Source: Nostoc punctiforme PCC 73102
Lineage (GTDB): Bacteria > Cyanobacteriota > Cyanobacteriia > Cyanobacteriales > Nostocaceae
Length of the DNA stretch: 32,000 bases
Direction: 5' to 3'
Assembly: GCF_000020025.1 (NCBI RefSeq)
Contig: NC_010628.1
Span: forward strand, 5,670,001-5,702,000
A program made the translations under genes and the position numbers. The notes beneath the pieces were generated by a model that ran no database searches, had not been told where the DNA came from, and saw only the letters and a list, made by a program, of their open reading frames with translations. Each line of letters opens with the position of its first letter. Position 1 is the first letter of the stretch. Of the stretch, positions 8,883 through 17,894 are shown in pieces.

Positions 8883-9350
8883 TTACGTTTCATTTTTTCT
8901 TAAATGATTTACCAAAGCTTGTAAGCCCAACAAGTAACTTTGAACACCAAAACCACTTATTTGCCCGATCGCAACTGGGGCGATGTACGAATGATGGCGA
9001 AAATCTTCCCGGCGGTAAATATTACTCAGATGTACTTCGACTGTGGGCAAGTTAACAGCCGCGATCGCATCTCGCAATGCCACACTTGTGTGAGTATATG
9101 CCCCGGCATTAATCAAAATTCCTTGATGTTGTCCTAATGCTTCATGAATAGTATCTACTAAAATTCCTTCATGATTTGATTGCAAGGGAAAAACTTTCGC
9201 CTGTAACTTGAATCCTTCTTCTTCTAACAGGCGGTTAATTTCAGCTAGTGTCAACGAACCATAAATTCCTGGTTCTCGCTGCCCTAGCAAATTCAAGTTT
9301 GGCCCATGCAGTGCCAGAATGCTTAAGGGTTGTAATGTCGAGTTCAGCAC
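8883..9350 (-). CDS. aroQ: Type II 3-dehydroquinate dehydratase
   Basis: 155 aa with [38 protein letters not shown] and [21 protein letters not shown] start. Confidence 0.95.
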   Translation of the reverse strand: MLNSTLQPLSILALHGPNLNLLGQREPGIYGSLTLAEINRLLEEEGFKLQAKVFPLQSNHEGILVDTIHEALGQHQGILINAGAYTHTSVALRDAIAAVNLPTVEVHLSNIYRREDFRHHSYIAPVAIGQISGFGVQSYLLGLQALVNHLRKNET

Positions 9351-9357
9351 TTTGGCT

Positions 9358-9498
9358 CTAGTGGCGACGACGCGAGCGATCGTTTACAGGAATCGGAATC
9401 AGTTCCGGTTCCGGTTCAGCCTCTGGCCCTAACAGGCTTTCAATCAGCCTGCGTGCTAATTCCTTAAGCTTTTCCAGCACCTTTTCTATATAGTCCAT
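9358..9498 (-). CDS. Small hypothetical protein (46 aa), apparently translationally coupled to aroQ
   Basis: Hand translation gives [51 protein letters not shown] lies 9 nt upstream of the ATG, and its stop is 7 nt before the aroQ GTG. It is below the ORF-track length cutoff. Confidence 0.45.
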   Translation of the reverse strand: MDYIEKVLEKLKELARRLIESLLGPEAEPEPELIPIPVNDRSRRRH

Positions 9499-9984
9499 GA
9501 ACTGAATGCTCCTGAGATACTACCTCAAATTTTGATTAACAGGTACGCAGAAAATGGCACATTGTCGTACCTCTGGCTTCCAACCGGGCACAGACACAAT
9601 CCCGTATTTGGGACATAAGCCACTTCTAAAATTTGGCGTTGTGTTCTCCCTTACTTTTTAGAGTATCACACTTGCAACCTACAGAACTGCATCCTATCAA
9701 GGATGAATATCAAGGGTCAAGAGTTTAAAGCTCGGACTTTGGACTCTTGACTACGAATTTTAGATTTACGATAGTGTAGCGTCAAGCCTGCGGCATGGCT
9801 TCTCTACGAGACACTACGCGTAGCTCGCTTTTCCGTAGGAGTACGCTTAGAGCAACGTAGGAGCGTCTTTTAGATTTTAGATTTATTTCGCCTACAAGAG
9901 GGAGCCACTGCGGTGGACGGGTTCTCCGGCATAAAGCAAGTGGCATCAGGGTATGAACCCCAAAATTTTTTTAATCCAAGTTGC

Positions 9985-10023
9985 GCTGGAAGCGCACCAA
10001 AGGTGCGACCCAAAATCCAAAAT
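9985..10023. repeat. Second, inverted copy of the 39-bp dispersed repeat
   Basis: gctggaagcgcaccaaaggtgcgacccaaaatccaaaat is the reverse complement of 8774-8812 with 2 mismatches. It sits in a repeat-rich intergenic stretch (9700-10037). Confidence 0.85.
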
Positions 10024-10037
10024 CAGTTGACTTACAG

Positions 10038-12698
10038 TTAGCCTTCTGTGACTTTCTTTTTCGCAGCCGTCGTTGACTTAGCAGTTGACTTACCTGTTGA
10101 CTTAGATTTGGAATTCGTTGATTTAGTCGTTTTGCGAGTTGATTTCGCTGTCGATGCCTTAGCTGCCAATAAGTTAAGCGCCTCAGTCAGGGTTATATCT
10201 TCTACAGTTTGACCTTCTGGAATACTCACATTAGTTTTGCCATGCTTGATGTAAGGACCATAAGGGCCATCGTAGATGTTAATTGTTTCCCCGTCCTCTG
10301 GATGTGGACCCAATTCGCGTAAGGCTGCCTTGGACTTGCTGTTGGTGGAACTACGTCCCTTTTTGGGTTCGGACAATAATTCTAATGCACGTTCCAGGCT
10401 AATTGTCAACACATTGTCAGCAGCTTTCAGGGAACGGTAATCTTTCCCTTCCTTACCCTGGTCATGAACCACATAAGGGCCAAAACGTCCCAAACTTGCT
10501 TGGATTTTGCCCCCAGTAACTGGATGAACTCCCAATGTTCGGGGTAGTGCCAACAGACCAACAGCCATTTCCAGGGTAACGGTTTCTGGGGTGACACCCT
10601 TGAGTAGAGAAGCTTGTTTCGGTTTGGGGTTTTCGTCGGTTTTATCGCCCAATTGGACATAAGGCCCATAAGCACCAATTTTCACATAAATCGGTTCGCC
10701 AGTTTCGGGATGCCGACCTACCTGGTCAGGGCCTGTGATTTTTTGTCGCAGCAAAACTTCTACCTGTTTGGGGTCGAGGTCTGCTGGTGTCAAGTCTTTG
10801 GGAATTGAGGCGGTGATTACCCCCTCACCATTTGTAACTTCAATGTAGGGGCCATATTTACCAATGCGGACTTTGGCATCTAGATTCTCCAGTTCTACAG
10901 TCCTAGCTGTGGTGGCATCAATTTGACTTTCCCGTTCTTTTACCAGGGTTTCCAACCCTTTCTCTCCCAGATAGAATTTCTGCAAGTAGGGTAGCCATTT
11001 CGCTTCACCTGTGGCAATGTCATCAAGGGTTTGCTCCATCTTCGAGGTAAAACTAGGATCAACGATGTCTGGGAAATGTTTTTCCAGCAAGTCGGTGACG
11101 GCGAAAGCGGTGAAGGTAGGAATGAGAGCGTTACTCACCAAATGGGCATAACCTTTGTCGATGATCGTACCAATAATGCTGGCGTAGGTACTGGGACGAC
11201 CGATACCTTCACTCTCTAAGGTTTTCACCAAAGAAGCTTCGGTGTATCTAGCTGGCGGTTGAGTTTCATGCCCAACTGCTTCTAAATCTGTACAATTCGG
11301 ATGATCTCCCACTTTCAAATTCGGCAAAATTACTTCCTGGTCTTCCAGTGCTGCTTCTGGGTCATCTGAACCTTCGACGTAAGCACGTAAATATCCAGGA
11401 AATTCAATCCGTTTGCCAGAGGAACGGAATCCAGCATCCTCAACTTGTAATTGCACGCTAATTTGAGTTTGGCAGGAATCAGCCATTTGACAGGCGACAG
11501 TCCGCTTCCAAATCAAATCGTAAACGGCAAGTTCTCGACCGCCCAAACCAGTTTCTTGGGGGGTGCGAAAGGTGCTACCGGCTGGACGAATTGCTTCGTG
11601 CGCCTCTTGTGCGCCTTTGGATTTAGTGGTGTATTGCCGGGGTTGGGGACTGAGGTATTGTTGACCGTAAAGCTTTTCTACAGAACTCCGAGCAGCTGCG
11701 ATCGCTTGATCTGACAAATGCACCGAATCTGTCCGCATATAGGTAATATACCCTTGTTCGTACAAATTCTGGGCAACGCGCATCGTATCGCGGGCTGAGA
11801 GGCGCAGTTTCCGGTTAGATTCTTGTTGCAGTGTCGAGGTGGTAAACGGTGGCGACGGCTTGCGCGTCACTGGACGTTCTTCCATCTCGGTAACACTCCA
11901 GGTTTTCCCAGTTAGGCGTTCCTTGAGGGCTACCGCTTGGTCTTCGTTGAGCAACAAGACATTGCGACCTGCGGTAATTTGTCCGGTTGTTGCGTCAAAA
12001 TCGCTACCGTTAGCAATTTTGGTTCCTGCCAATGTTACCAACTGAGCAGCAAAGGGGGTTTTTTCCTTTGACAGACTGGCTTTCAAATCCCAGTAAGTGC
12101 CCTCATGGAAAGCGCGGCGTTGGCGTTCTCTTGTGACTAAAAGCCTCACGGCTACAGATTGTACCCGCCCAGCAGATAATCCCCAGGCGATTTTTTTCCA
12201 TAGCAGTGGAGACAGCGTATATCCCACAAGTCGATCTAAAATCCGCCGCGTTTCTTGGGCGCGAACCAACTGCTCATCGATTTGGCGGCAGTCCTTCAGA
12301 GCTTTTTTGATCGCCTCTTGGGTAATTTCGTGAAACACCATCCGCTTAGTTGGAACTTTCGGCTTCAGCAATTGGTATAAATGCCAACTAATGCTTTCAC
12401 CTTCCCGGTCTTCGTCCGTTGCCAGAATCAGTTCATCTACATCTTTAAGGGCTTCTTTAAGCTGGGTGACAATTTTCTTTTTGTCTTTCGGGACAACATA
12501 TACCGGTTCAAAGTCGGCGTCCACATTTACCCCTAGCTGCGCCCATGTTTCCCCCTTGACGGCAGCAGGAATTTCACTAGCCGACTGGGGTAAGTCACGC
12601 ACATGACCCATAGACGCTTCCACCCGATAGCCTGCTGGCAAGTAGTTGCGAATGGTACGAGCTTTGGTTGGAGATTCGACGATGACGAGAGTTGACAT
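10038..12698 (-). CDS. topA: DNA topoisomerase I (type IA) with a K/S/T-rich C-terminal tail
   Basis: 886 aa. It has a TOPRIM N-terminus ([22 protein letters not shown]), the active-site region YITYMRTDS, repeated C-terminal GPYGPY modules, and the tail [31 protein letters not shown]. Confidence 0.97.
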   Translation of the reverse strand: MSTLVIVESPTKARTIRNYLPAGYRVEASMGHVRDLPQSASEIPAAVKGETWAQLGVNVDADFEPVYVVPKDKKKIVTQLKEALKDVDELILATDEDREGESISWHLYQLLKPKVPTKRMVFHEITQEAIKKALKDCRQIDEQLVRAQETRRILDRLVGYTLSPLLWKKIAWGLSAGRVQSVAVRLLVTRERQRRAFHEGTYWDLKASLSKEKTPFAAQLVTLAGTKIANGSDFDATTGQITAGRNVLLLNEDQAVALKERLTGKTWSVTEMEERPVTRKPSPPFTTSTLQQESNRKLRLSARDTMRVAQNLYEQGYITYMRTDSVHLSDQAIAAARSSVEKLYGQQYLSPQPRQYTTKSKGAQEAHEAIRPAGSTFRTPQETGLGGRELAVYDLIWKRTVACQMADSCQTQISVQLQVEDAGFRSSGKRIEFPGYLRAYVEGSDDPEAALEDQEVILPNLKVGDHPNCTDLEAVGHETQPPARYTEASLVKTLESEGIGRPSTYASIIGTIIDKGYAHLVSNALIPTFTAFAVTDLLEKHFPDIVDPSFTSKMEQTLDDIATGEAKWLPYLQKFYLGEKGLETLVKERESQIDATTARTVELENLDAKVRIGKYGPYIEVTNGEGVITASIPKDLTPADLDPKQVEVLLRQKITGPDQVGRHPETGEPIYVKIGAYGPYVQLGDKTDENPKPKQASLLKGVTPETVTLEMAVGLLALPRTLGVHPVTGGKIQASLGRFGPYVVHDQGKEGKDYRSLKAADNVLTISLERALELLSEPKKGRSSTNSKSKAALRELGPHPEDGETINIYDGPYGPYIKHGKTNVSIPEGQTVEDITLTEALNLLAAKASTAKSTRKTTKSTNSKSKSTGKSTAKSTTAAKKKVTEG

Positions 12699-13012
12699 GG
12701 AAATTTCAATAAAAAGAATAGCTACTAAGCTAAACAGTCAAATTGAGGTAATTTTTGCAAATTGTCAAGATAAAAGGTCGCGCTTAGGGCGGTGACTTAA
12801 TCCTCACATAAACTGTCTGCTTGGGAGAAAATCCCCTGAACTTGTGGCCCAGTCTGTCCCAAAGGATAGAGAAGGCTACGCTGGGTGTGAATTTCCAGCT
12901 ATTTCAATCTTTAACTTATCTAACGCATAATTGGCGACTACAGTTTTAAAATTTGGGGAATGGGGGAATGGGGAAGAAGCAAGGGAGCAGGGGGCAGGGG
13001 GAGATGAGGGAG

Positions 13013-13432
13013 ATGAGGGGGAATTATTTAACAAGTTTCTTTCCCAATTCCCACTTTCATATAGCTTGTGCCAAAATTAAACCAAATTTGAGAGCAAAAG
13101 CGAAGTGGAGTTTGTATCCATCTCAGGAAAGCAAAACTATAAAACCAATTCGTCAAGGTGATGTAATTTTACTGCCTGTGCAGCAAATTGAAGGACAAAA
13201 AATACCTCACTTAACTTTGGTAGAAGGCGAAGTTACGGGGCATAAGCATCGCATTACTGAGGGAAATGCCGAATTATACGATCAAGATAGCACACTGTAT
13301 TTGCGTGTGTTTTCAGAGTCGGCATTACTAGCTCATGAGGAGCATAAAGCTATTTCTATTCCCCAAGGTGCCTGGATGGTGAAAATTCAGAGGGAATACG
13401 AGCCTGAAGGTTGGCGATATGTCGCTGATTGA
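13013..13432 (+). CDS. Small conserved hypothetical beta-rich protein (GDV...GEVTGHKH...QREYEP motif); start uncertain
   Basis: The frame is open from 12953, but its first roughly 20 codons are G-rich repeat DNA (ggggaatgggg...). The conserved-looking part is IRQGDVILLPV...LVEGEVTGHKHRI...HEEHKAISIPQGAWMVKIQREYEPEGWRYVAD. It overlaps the next gene by 14 nt. Confidence 0.55.
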   Translation: MRGNYLTSFFPNSHFHIACAKIKPNLRAKAKWSLYPSQESKTIKPIRQGDVILLPVQQIEGQKIPHLTLVEGEVTGHKHRITEGNAELYDQDSTLYLRVFSESALLAHEEHKAISIPQGAWMVKIQREYEPEGWRYVAD

Positions 13433-14465
13433 AAAGTTAACGCCTGAGCAAGAGGCTTTGATTTCAGTTTATCGGGAAAAGTGGAGAGCGATCGCGCTTT
13501 CAACTGAGCGTATTGATAAAGAAAAAGCGGCGGAAGTCGTTAAAGCTGCATATACAGCGATCGGTAAACAACAGCCGGAAATTATTTTTTGTGACAGTCC
13601 TTATGCAGGTTTGAAAATTATTCTTAAAAAACGAAATAATAAATTAAATTCGAATAACATAAATTTAAATAATAATTTAATTAGCTATATTTCTACAGCT
13701 TTAGTTAATAAAAGTTCAAAAATATTATATCAACTAGATAAGCAGGTTATTAGGCAATTAACTATTTTTAGACTAGATTTTATTATATCTGAATATGTAT
13801 TTGAAAAAAAATCAAAATTCAAAATTCAACCTAAGATGAATTTAGATCGTCTTTGGTTAAAATCACAAAAGTTGGCTAGTGATTGTTGTTGGTTAGATTT
13901 TTATATATCTGTATTAAATTGTTCTTACAGCAAAATAAGATGGAAAACCTTACAGTCTCTATCAAGATTTTGTGGTTGGATTTCTCCATTTGAAAACCTT
14001 TGTATTATCTGCGATCGCCCCCTTCACCTGCGCTTCGACAATGAAAACCGCCTCCACGCTGAAGGTGAACCCGCTATTGAATTTACCGATGGATATAGCC
14101 TCTACTCCTACCACGGTGTAACCTTGCCTGAAAAATACGGTAAAATCCACCCGCAGCAATGGCAAGCTGAATGGCTTTTGACAGAAGAAAACGCCGAACT
14201 ACGGCGAGTGTTAATTCAGGGTATTGGTTACGCCAGAATTTGCCAAGAATTGCAAGCTATTGAATTAGATACTTGGCAAGAATACACTCTATTAAAAATT
14301 GATGCTGATGTTGATGAAGAATCAATTCATTTACTAAAAATGACTTGTCCTAGCATAAGCTTTATTCACGCCTTGCGAGTTCCACCGAATATGAAATCAG
14401 CGCGTGAGGCAATTCGCTGGGTGAATTGGGATGTAGATCCAGAAGAATTTGGTGTGCAAACATAG
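13419..14465 (+). CDS. Hypothetical protein; the C-terminal region resembles what I recall as DUF6745
   Basis: 348 aa. Its ATG lies inside the upstream gene's last codons (ATGTCGCTGATTGA). The C-terminal motif is ICDRPLHLRFDNENRLHAEGEPAIEFTDGYSLYSYHGVTLPEKYG. The middle third is extremely AT-rich. Confidence 0.6.
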   Translation: MSLIEKLTPEQEALISVYREKWRAIALSTERIDKEKAAEVVKAAYTAIGKQQPEIIFCDSPYAGLKIILKKRNNKLNSNNINLNNNLISYISTALVNKSSKILYQLDKQVIRQLTIFRLDFIISEYVFEKKSKFKIQPKMNLDRLWLKSQKLASDCCWLDFYISVLNCSYSKIRWKTLQSLSRFCGWISPFENLCIICDRPLHLRFDNENRLHAEGEPAIEFTDGYSLYSYHGVTLPEKYGKIHPQQWQAEWLLTEENAELRRVLIQGIGYARICQELQAIELDTWQEYTLLKIDADVDEESIHLLKMTCPSISFIHALRVPPNMKSAREAIRWVNWDVDPEEFGVQT

Positions 14466-14602
14466 CTGCTTCAGTGACTTTCCCTATTTAGAATCATACT
14501 AAAAAAGTGTAAGACTTATTTTTTCAACCATACACAAAACAAAAGACACAAAGTATTAACTTGCATCTTATTTTAATATTAAAAAATTAGAAAGCAATAA
14601 GA

Positions 14603-14845
14603 TTCGGTTAAGGTTTTTTGATGGAAATTCTAGATCGCAAAGACGCGATAATATCAAGTTCGCATAATTAGTTATAATTCCCACAGTCATTGCACCTCAC
14701 CCCCAACCCCTCCCCGCCTGCGGGGAGGGGAGACAGCGCGTAGCTTTGGCGTGGTGGGGTTATTCGGGTTTAATAAGTAATCAAGCGAACATGATATAAA
14801 TCATCACAAAGGCGCGATAAATCGCCGTCTCTTGCCTTAACCGAA
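14603..14845. mobile_element. MITE-like nested palindromic element (243 bp)
   Basis: Perfect 11-bp terminal inverted repeats: ttcggttaagg at 14603-14613 and ccttaaccgaa at 14835-14845. It has imperfect inner inverted repeats and a central hairpin, cccctccccgc-ctgc-ggggagggg. No ORF. It ends 10 nt from the porin stop codon. Confidence 0.6.
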
Positions 14846-14855
14846 CAGTATTGAA

Positions 14856-16460
14856 TTAGAAAGTGAATGTGGTTCTCACTGTACCAATGACGATATCATC
14901 GTTTTGATTATTATGATCTGGCGCTGTTAGCCAGATAACTCCTGGGGTGATGCTGATATTGTCACTCAGCTTATATTGATAGAAACCTTCAATATGATAT
15001 GAAGTGTCTGGATCTTTATTTATACCTGCATTGCTGAGAGAGCCGCTCACGCTGGTAACTTTAGGTTCCATACCCACAATGATGCCTGCAATGTTACCTG
15101 TTTTCCCAAGATCGGGGAAAGCCAGTGTGACGGCATAGTTCCAGATGTCAGCATCGCCAGGAGTAACCGAAAGGACGCGAGCTTTGGTCAAGCCAGCCCA
15201 ACCGCCAATCACGAATTTTGAGCTAGGTTGAAAGGATGCTTCTATACCGTAGGAGTTACTAGAAGCATTCTCCAATATGTCATTAGCGTTATTGCTACCA
15301 CCACTACCATTGGCAAAAAAAGTATTTTTGTAGGCGTTAAGGTAGGTCAAACCGAGGGTAATTTGGTTGCTAGGCTTAACAGTTAACTGTGCCATAGCAC
15401 CATAAGCACCATTGAATAGTCCAGAGCCTAGTTGAGGGTTAGCAGCATCATTCGCTAAATACCCCAAGCTTAGTTCGAGCTTATCACTGAACTCGTGTTT
15501 GATTCCGATACCAGTACCATTGACTAGATAATAAATTGGGTTGCGAGTCCCAAATTGGGAAAGGGCACCGCTACCACCGTCCCCATCTAAGTATGGGTTG
15601 ACTGTATTAGTGAAATCATCAATTGCACCTGCATTTGCTTCCAGAGTGACGCCTGTTTTATTACCGAGAGGGAACTGATACAAGAGTGCGTCTATCACAA
15701 CTCCGTTACTGTTATTACCACCAGCAAATCGGAAGTCACCTTCTGGTGTAAAGGTAGCAGTCTGAGAGAAGGGGTCTAGGTTTGTTGCCTGAAGTCGTGT
15801 TCTGAGTAAATCTTTACCAGTGAAACTGGTGTCGAGGTTCAGACGCACCCGATCTGCAAGGACAGCATTTTGGTTGACTTCTTGACCATTAACTGTATTA
15901 CCACTTACAACACTTGCGATCGCTATTACGACTTCACCATTCAACTTGGTTGTAGTTGAGAACTGATTCGCCTCCAATTCAGCAGTTTTAGCTTCTACTG
16001 CATCTACACGACCTCGGAGTGTCGCCAGTTCTGCTGAAAAATCTGCTTGCAGCTTTTGTAATGTTGCTAAATCTTGTTTGTTAACTAAATCGCTTGTGGC
16101 TGTAGCAATAAGTTCGTTAACGCGATCGAGACAAGCATTCAAACCAGCAGCAAACTCATATCGCGTTAATGCGCGATTACCACGATAAGTACTATTTGGG
16201 TATCCTGCAATACAGCCATAGCGCTCAACTAACGACTGCAATGCTTGGAATGCCCAGTCAGTAGGTTGTACATCAGAAAATTGAGATACGGAAGTAACTT
16301 GCCCTGTTATGTGAGTGTTTGTGTCTGGACTAGCTAAAACTTGCGGTTGATTGATTTCAGACGTAGCGGATGTTTCACCTGCAAATGCAGCAGTACTCAC
16401 AAATAGCATTGCACAGCAAACTGCTGGACTAACTAGCAGATATTTACAGAAATTTTGCAT
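14856..16460 (-). CDS. SLH-domain / OprB-type outer-membrane porin; start moved to Met-38 of the ORF
   Basis: Signal peptide MQNFCKYLLVSPAVCCAMLFVSTAAFA with GAGGAG upstream. It also has an SLH motif (FSDVQPTDWAFQALQSLVERYGCIAGYPNSTYRGNRALTRYEFAAGLNACL), a coiled-coil linker, a beta-barrel region rich in alternating residues, and a terminal F. Confidence 0.9.
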   Translation of the reverse strand: MQNFCKYLLVSPAVCCAMLFVSTAAFAGETSATSEINQPQVLASPDTNTHITGQVTSVSQFSDVQPTDWAFQALQSLVERYGCIAGYPNSTYRGNRALTRYEFAAGLNACLDRVNELIATATSDLVNKQDLATLQKLQADFSAELATLRGRVDAVEAKTAELEANQFSTTTKLNGEVVIAIASVVSGNTVNGQEVNQNAVLADRVRLNLDTSFTGKDLLRTRLQATNLDPFSQTATFTPEGDFRFAGGNNSNGVVIDALLYQFPLGNKTGVTLEANAGAIDDFTNTVNPYLDGDGGSGALSQFGTRNPIYYLVNGTGIGIKHEFSDKLELSLGYLANDAANPQLGSGLFNGAYGAMAQLTVKPSNQITLGLTYLNAYKNTFFANGSGGSNNANDILENASSNSYGIEASFQPSSKFVIGGWAGLTKARVLSVTPGDADIWNYAVTLAFPDLGKTGNIAGIIVGMEPKVTSVSGSLSNAGINKDPDTSYHIEGFYQYKLSDNISITPGVIWLTAPDHNNQNDDIVIGTVRTTFTF

Positions 16461-16665
16461 TTTTCTCCTCACACTGATCTTCAATTCACACCCAAAGCAC
16501 GTTTTTTTAACGTGTATTTCATGCAAATATTTGTCAGTAATATTATCAGAAATAGACAACCTTTCTAACAAAAAAAGTCAAGAAATCCTAATTATTCAAG
16601 GAAAACTAAATTGCAGAGGACTGTACCATCTGACAAAGTTTTGTTGTTACTCATTACACAGGAAA

Positions 16666-16711
16666 CTGAGAATGATATTATGTGTTGGTAATGAGAATGA
16701 GAATTATTATA
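16666..16711. promoter_or_regulatory. Candidate Fur-family (Zur-type) operator pair upstream of znuA
   Basis: tgagaatgatattat (16666-16680) and tgagaatgagaattattatag (16691-16711). The TGAGAAT half-site occurs twice, with a related GAGAAT(T) at 16698. The minus-strand 15-mer ctataataattctca matches an AT-rich 7-1-7 Fur/Zur-type palindrome at about 11-12 of 15 positions. They lie 58-103 nt upstream of the znuA GTG. Confidence 0.3.
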
Positions 16712-16768
16712 GTCTAAAATTTAGAATAAGTCTCATAGACTTGCATCCATTTTGAGGAGGAAAACACC

Positions 16769-17782
16769 GTGACGATCAATGGCAAAGGGCTGATCGCAGG
16801 AAGGCAAAGAAGCGGCATCTTGTCCATGATGACTCTACTAATGTTGTCAATGATTACTGGCTGTAGCCAATCGAATCCGAATCAGGGAACAATACCTGAA
16901 CAGTCGCCGCAAGCACAGGCGACTGTATCCACCCCAGTAGCGCAGTTAGGAAAAACTAAAGTTGTGACGACATTTTTGCCGATATATTTGTTTACTAAGG
17001 CAGTAGCTGGGAATGTGGCAGATGTAGAAATTCTAGTGCCGCCTGGTACGGAGGTACATGAATACCAAGCGACACCCGAAAATGTCAAAGCGATCGCAAC
17101 TGCGAATGTGTTAGTAAAAAATGGTTTAGGTTTAGAGGGATTTCTGGAAAATACGGTCAAAAATGCTCAAAATACTAAATTAGCTGAAATTGATGCCAGT
17201 AAGGGTATTAAACCCTTAAATGAAATTTCACCTGTTGTAAAAACAGCGAAGGAGGAAGAAGACCACGAACACGCCCAAGGTAATCCTCATGTTTGGTTAG
17301 ATCCAGTTTTGGCAAAACAACAGGTAACTAATATTCGGGATGGATTAATTGCTGCTGACCCGGCGAATAAAGTCACTTACGAAGCAAATGCTGCGGCTTA
17401 TATTAAAGAATTAGAAAGTTTAAATAATGAATTTCAACGGACTTTACAAAAAACTCCTAGTTGCACCTTTATTACCTTTCATGATGCGTTTCCATATTTA
17501 GCAAAACGCTATAACCTCAAGCAAGTTGCTGTGGTACAAATTCCTGAAGATCAACTTTCACCGACTGATGTGCAAAATGCCGTCAATGCTGTTAAAAAGT
17601 ACAAAGTTAAAGCTTTATTTAGTGAACCAGGAGTAGATAACAAACTCCTAAGTAGCCTCTCCAAAGACTTGAAATTAACTTTGCGTCCTCTGGATTCCCT
17701 GGAAACTGGCGAAACAGATCCACAGCATTATTTCAAGGCAATGAAAGCTAACTTACAAATTTTGGAAACGTCGTGTAAATAG
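16769..17782 (+). CDS. znuA: Zn/Mn-family ABC transporter substrate-binding lipoprotein
   Basis: GTG start with GAGGAGG 8 nt upstream. It has a lipobox (ITGCS), the acidic/His loop KEEEDHEHAQGNPHVWLDP, and an FHDAFPYLAKRY motif. Confidence 0.85.
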   Translation: MTINGKGLIAGRQRSGILSMMTLLMLSMITGCSQSNPNQGTIPEQSPQAQATVSTPVAQLGKTKVVTTFLPIYLFTKAVAGNVADVEILVPPGTEVHEYQATPENVKAIATANVLVKNGLGLEGFLENTVKNAQNTKLAEIDASKGIKPLNEISPVVKTAKEEEDHEHAQGNPHVWLDPVLAKQQVTNIRDGLIAADPANKVTYEANAAAYIKELESLNNEFQRTLQKTPSCTFITFHDAFPYLAKRYNLKQVAVVQIPEDQLSPTDVQNAVNAVKKYKVKALFSEPGVDNKLLSSLSKDLKLTLRPLDSLETGETDPQHYFKAMKANLQILETSCK

Positions 17783-17894
17783 GTTTTTCATTTGTCCTTT
17801 TTCATTTGTCCTTTGTAAAAAATAATGACCAATGACCAATAATTAATGACTAATAACCAATGATTAATGATTAAGAACCAATGACTAATGATAT
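17783..17894. repeat. 14-bp direct duplicate (tttttcatttgtcc x2) followed by a degenerate heptamer array (atgacca-type, about 10 units) running into the znuC start
   Basis: Units are phased every 7 nt from 17825: atgacca, atgacca, ataatta, atgacta, ataacca, atgatta, atgatta, agaacca, atgacta, atgatat. The ATG of the ninth unit (17881) is the znuC start codon. Confidence 0.8.

Noticed and set aside
10427-12606. Seven antisense or alternative-frame ORFs of 62-87 aa inside topA
   Set aside because: They lie entirely within a strongly supported 886-aa gene and have low-complexity translations. They are typical by-products of codon bias. The same reasoning applies to internal ORFs in the HD, NFACT, GT, P450, znu and hemN genes.
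16351-16755. 134-aa plus-strand ORF spanning the porin 5' end and the porin-znuA spacer
   Set aside because: It is antisense to the porin signal peptide, then runs through AT-rich promoter DNA. There is no RBS and the composition is implausible.
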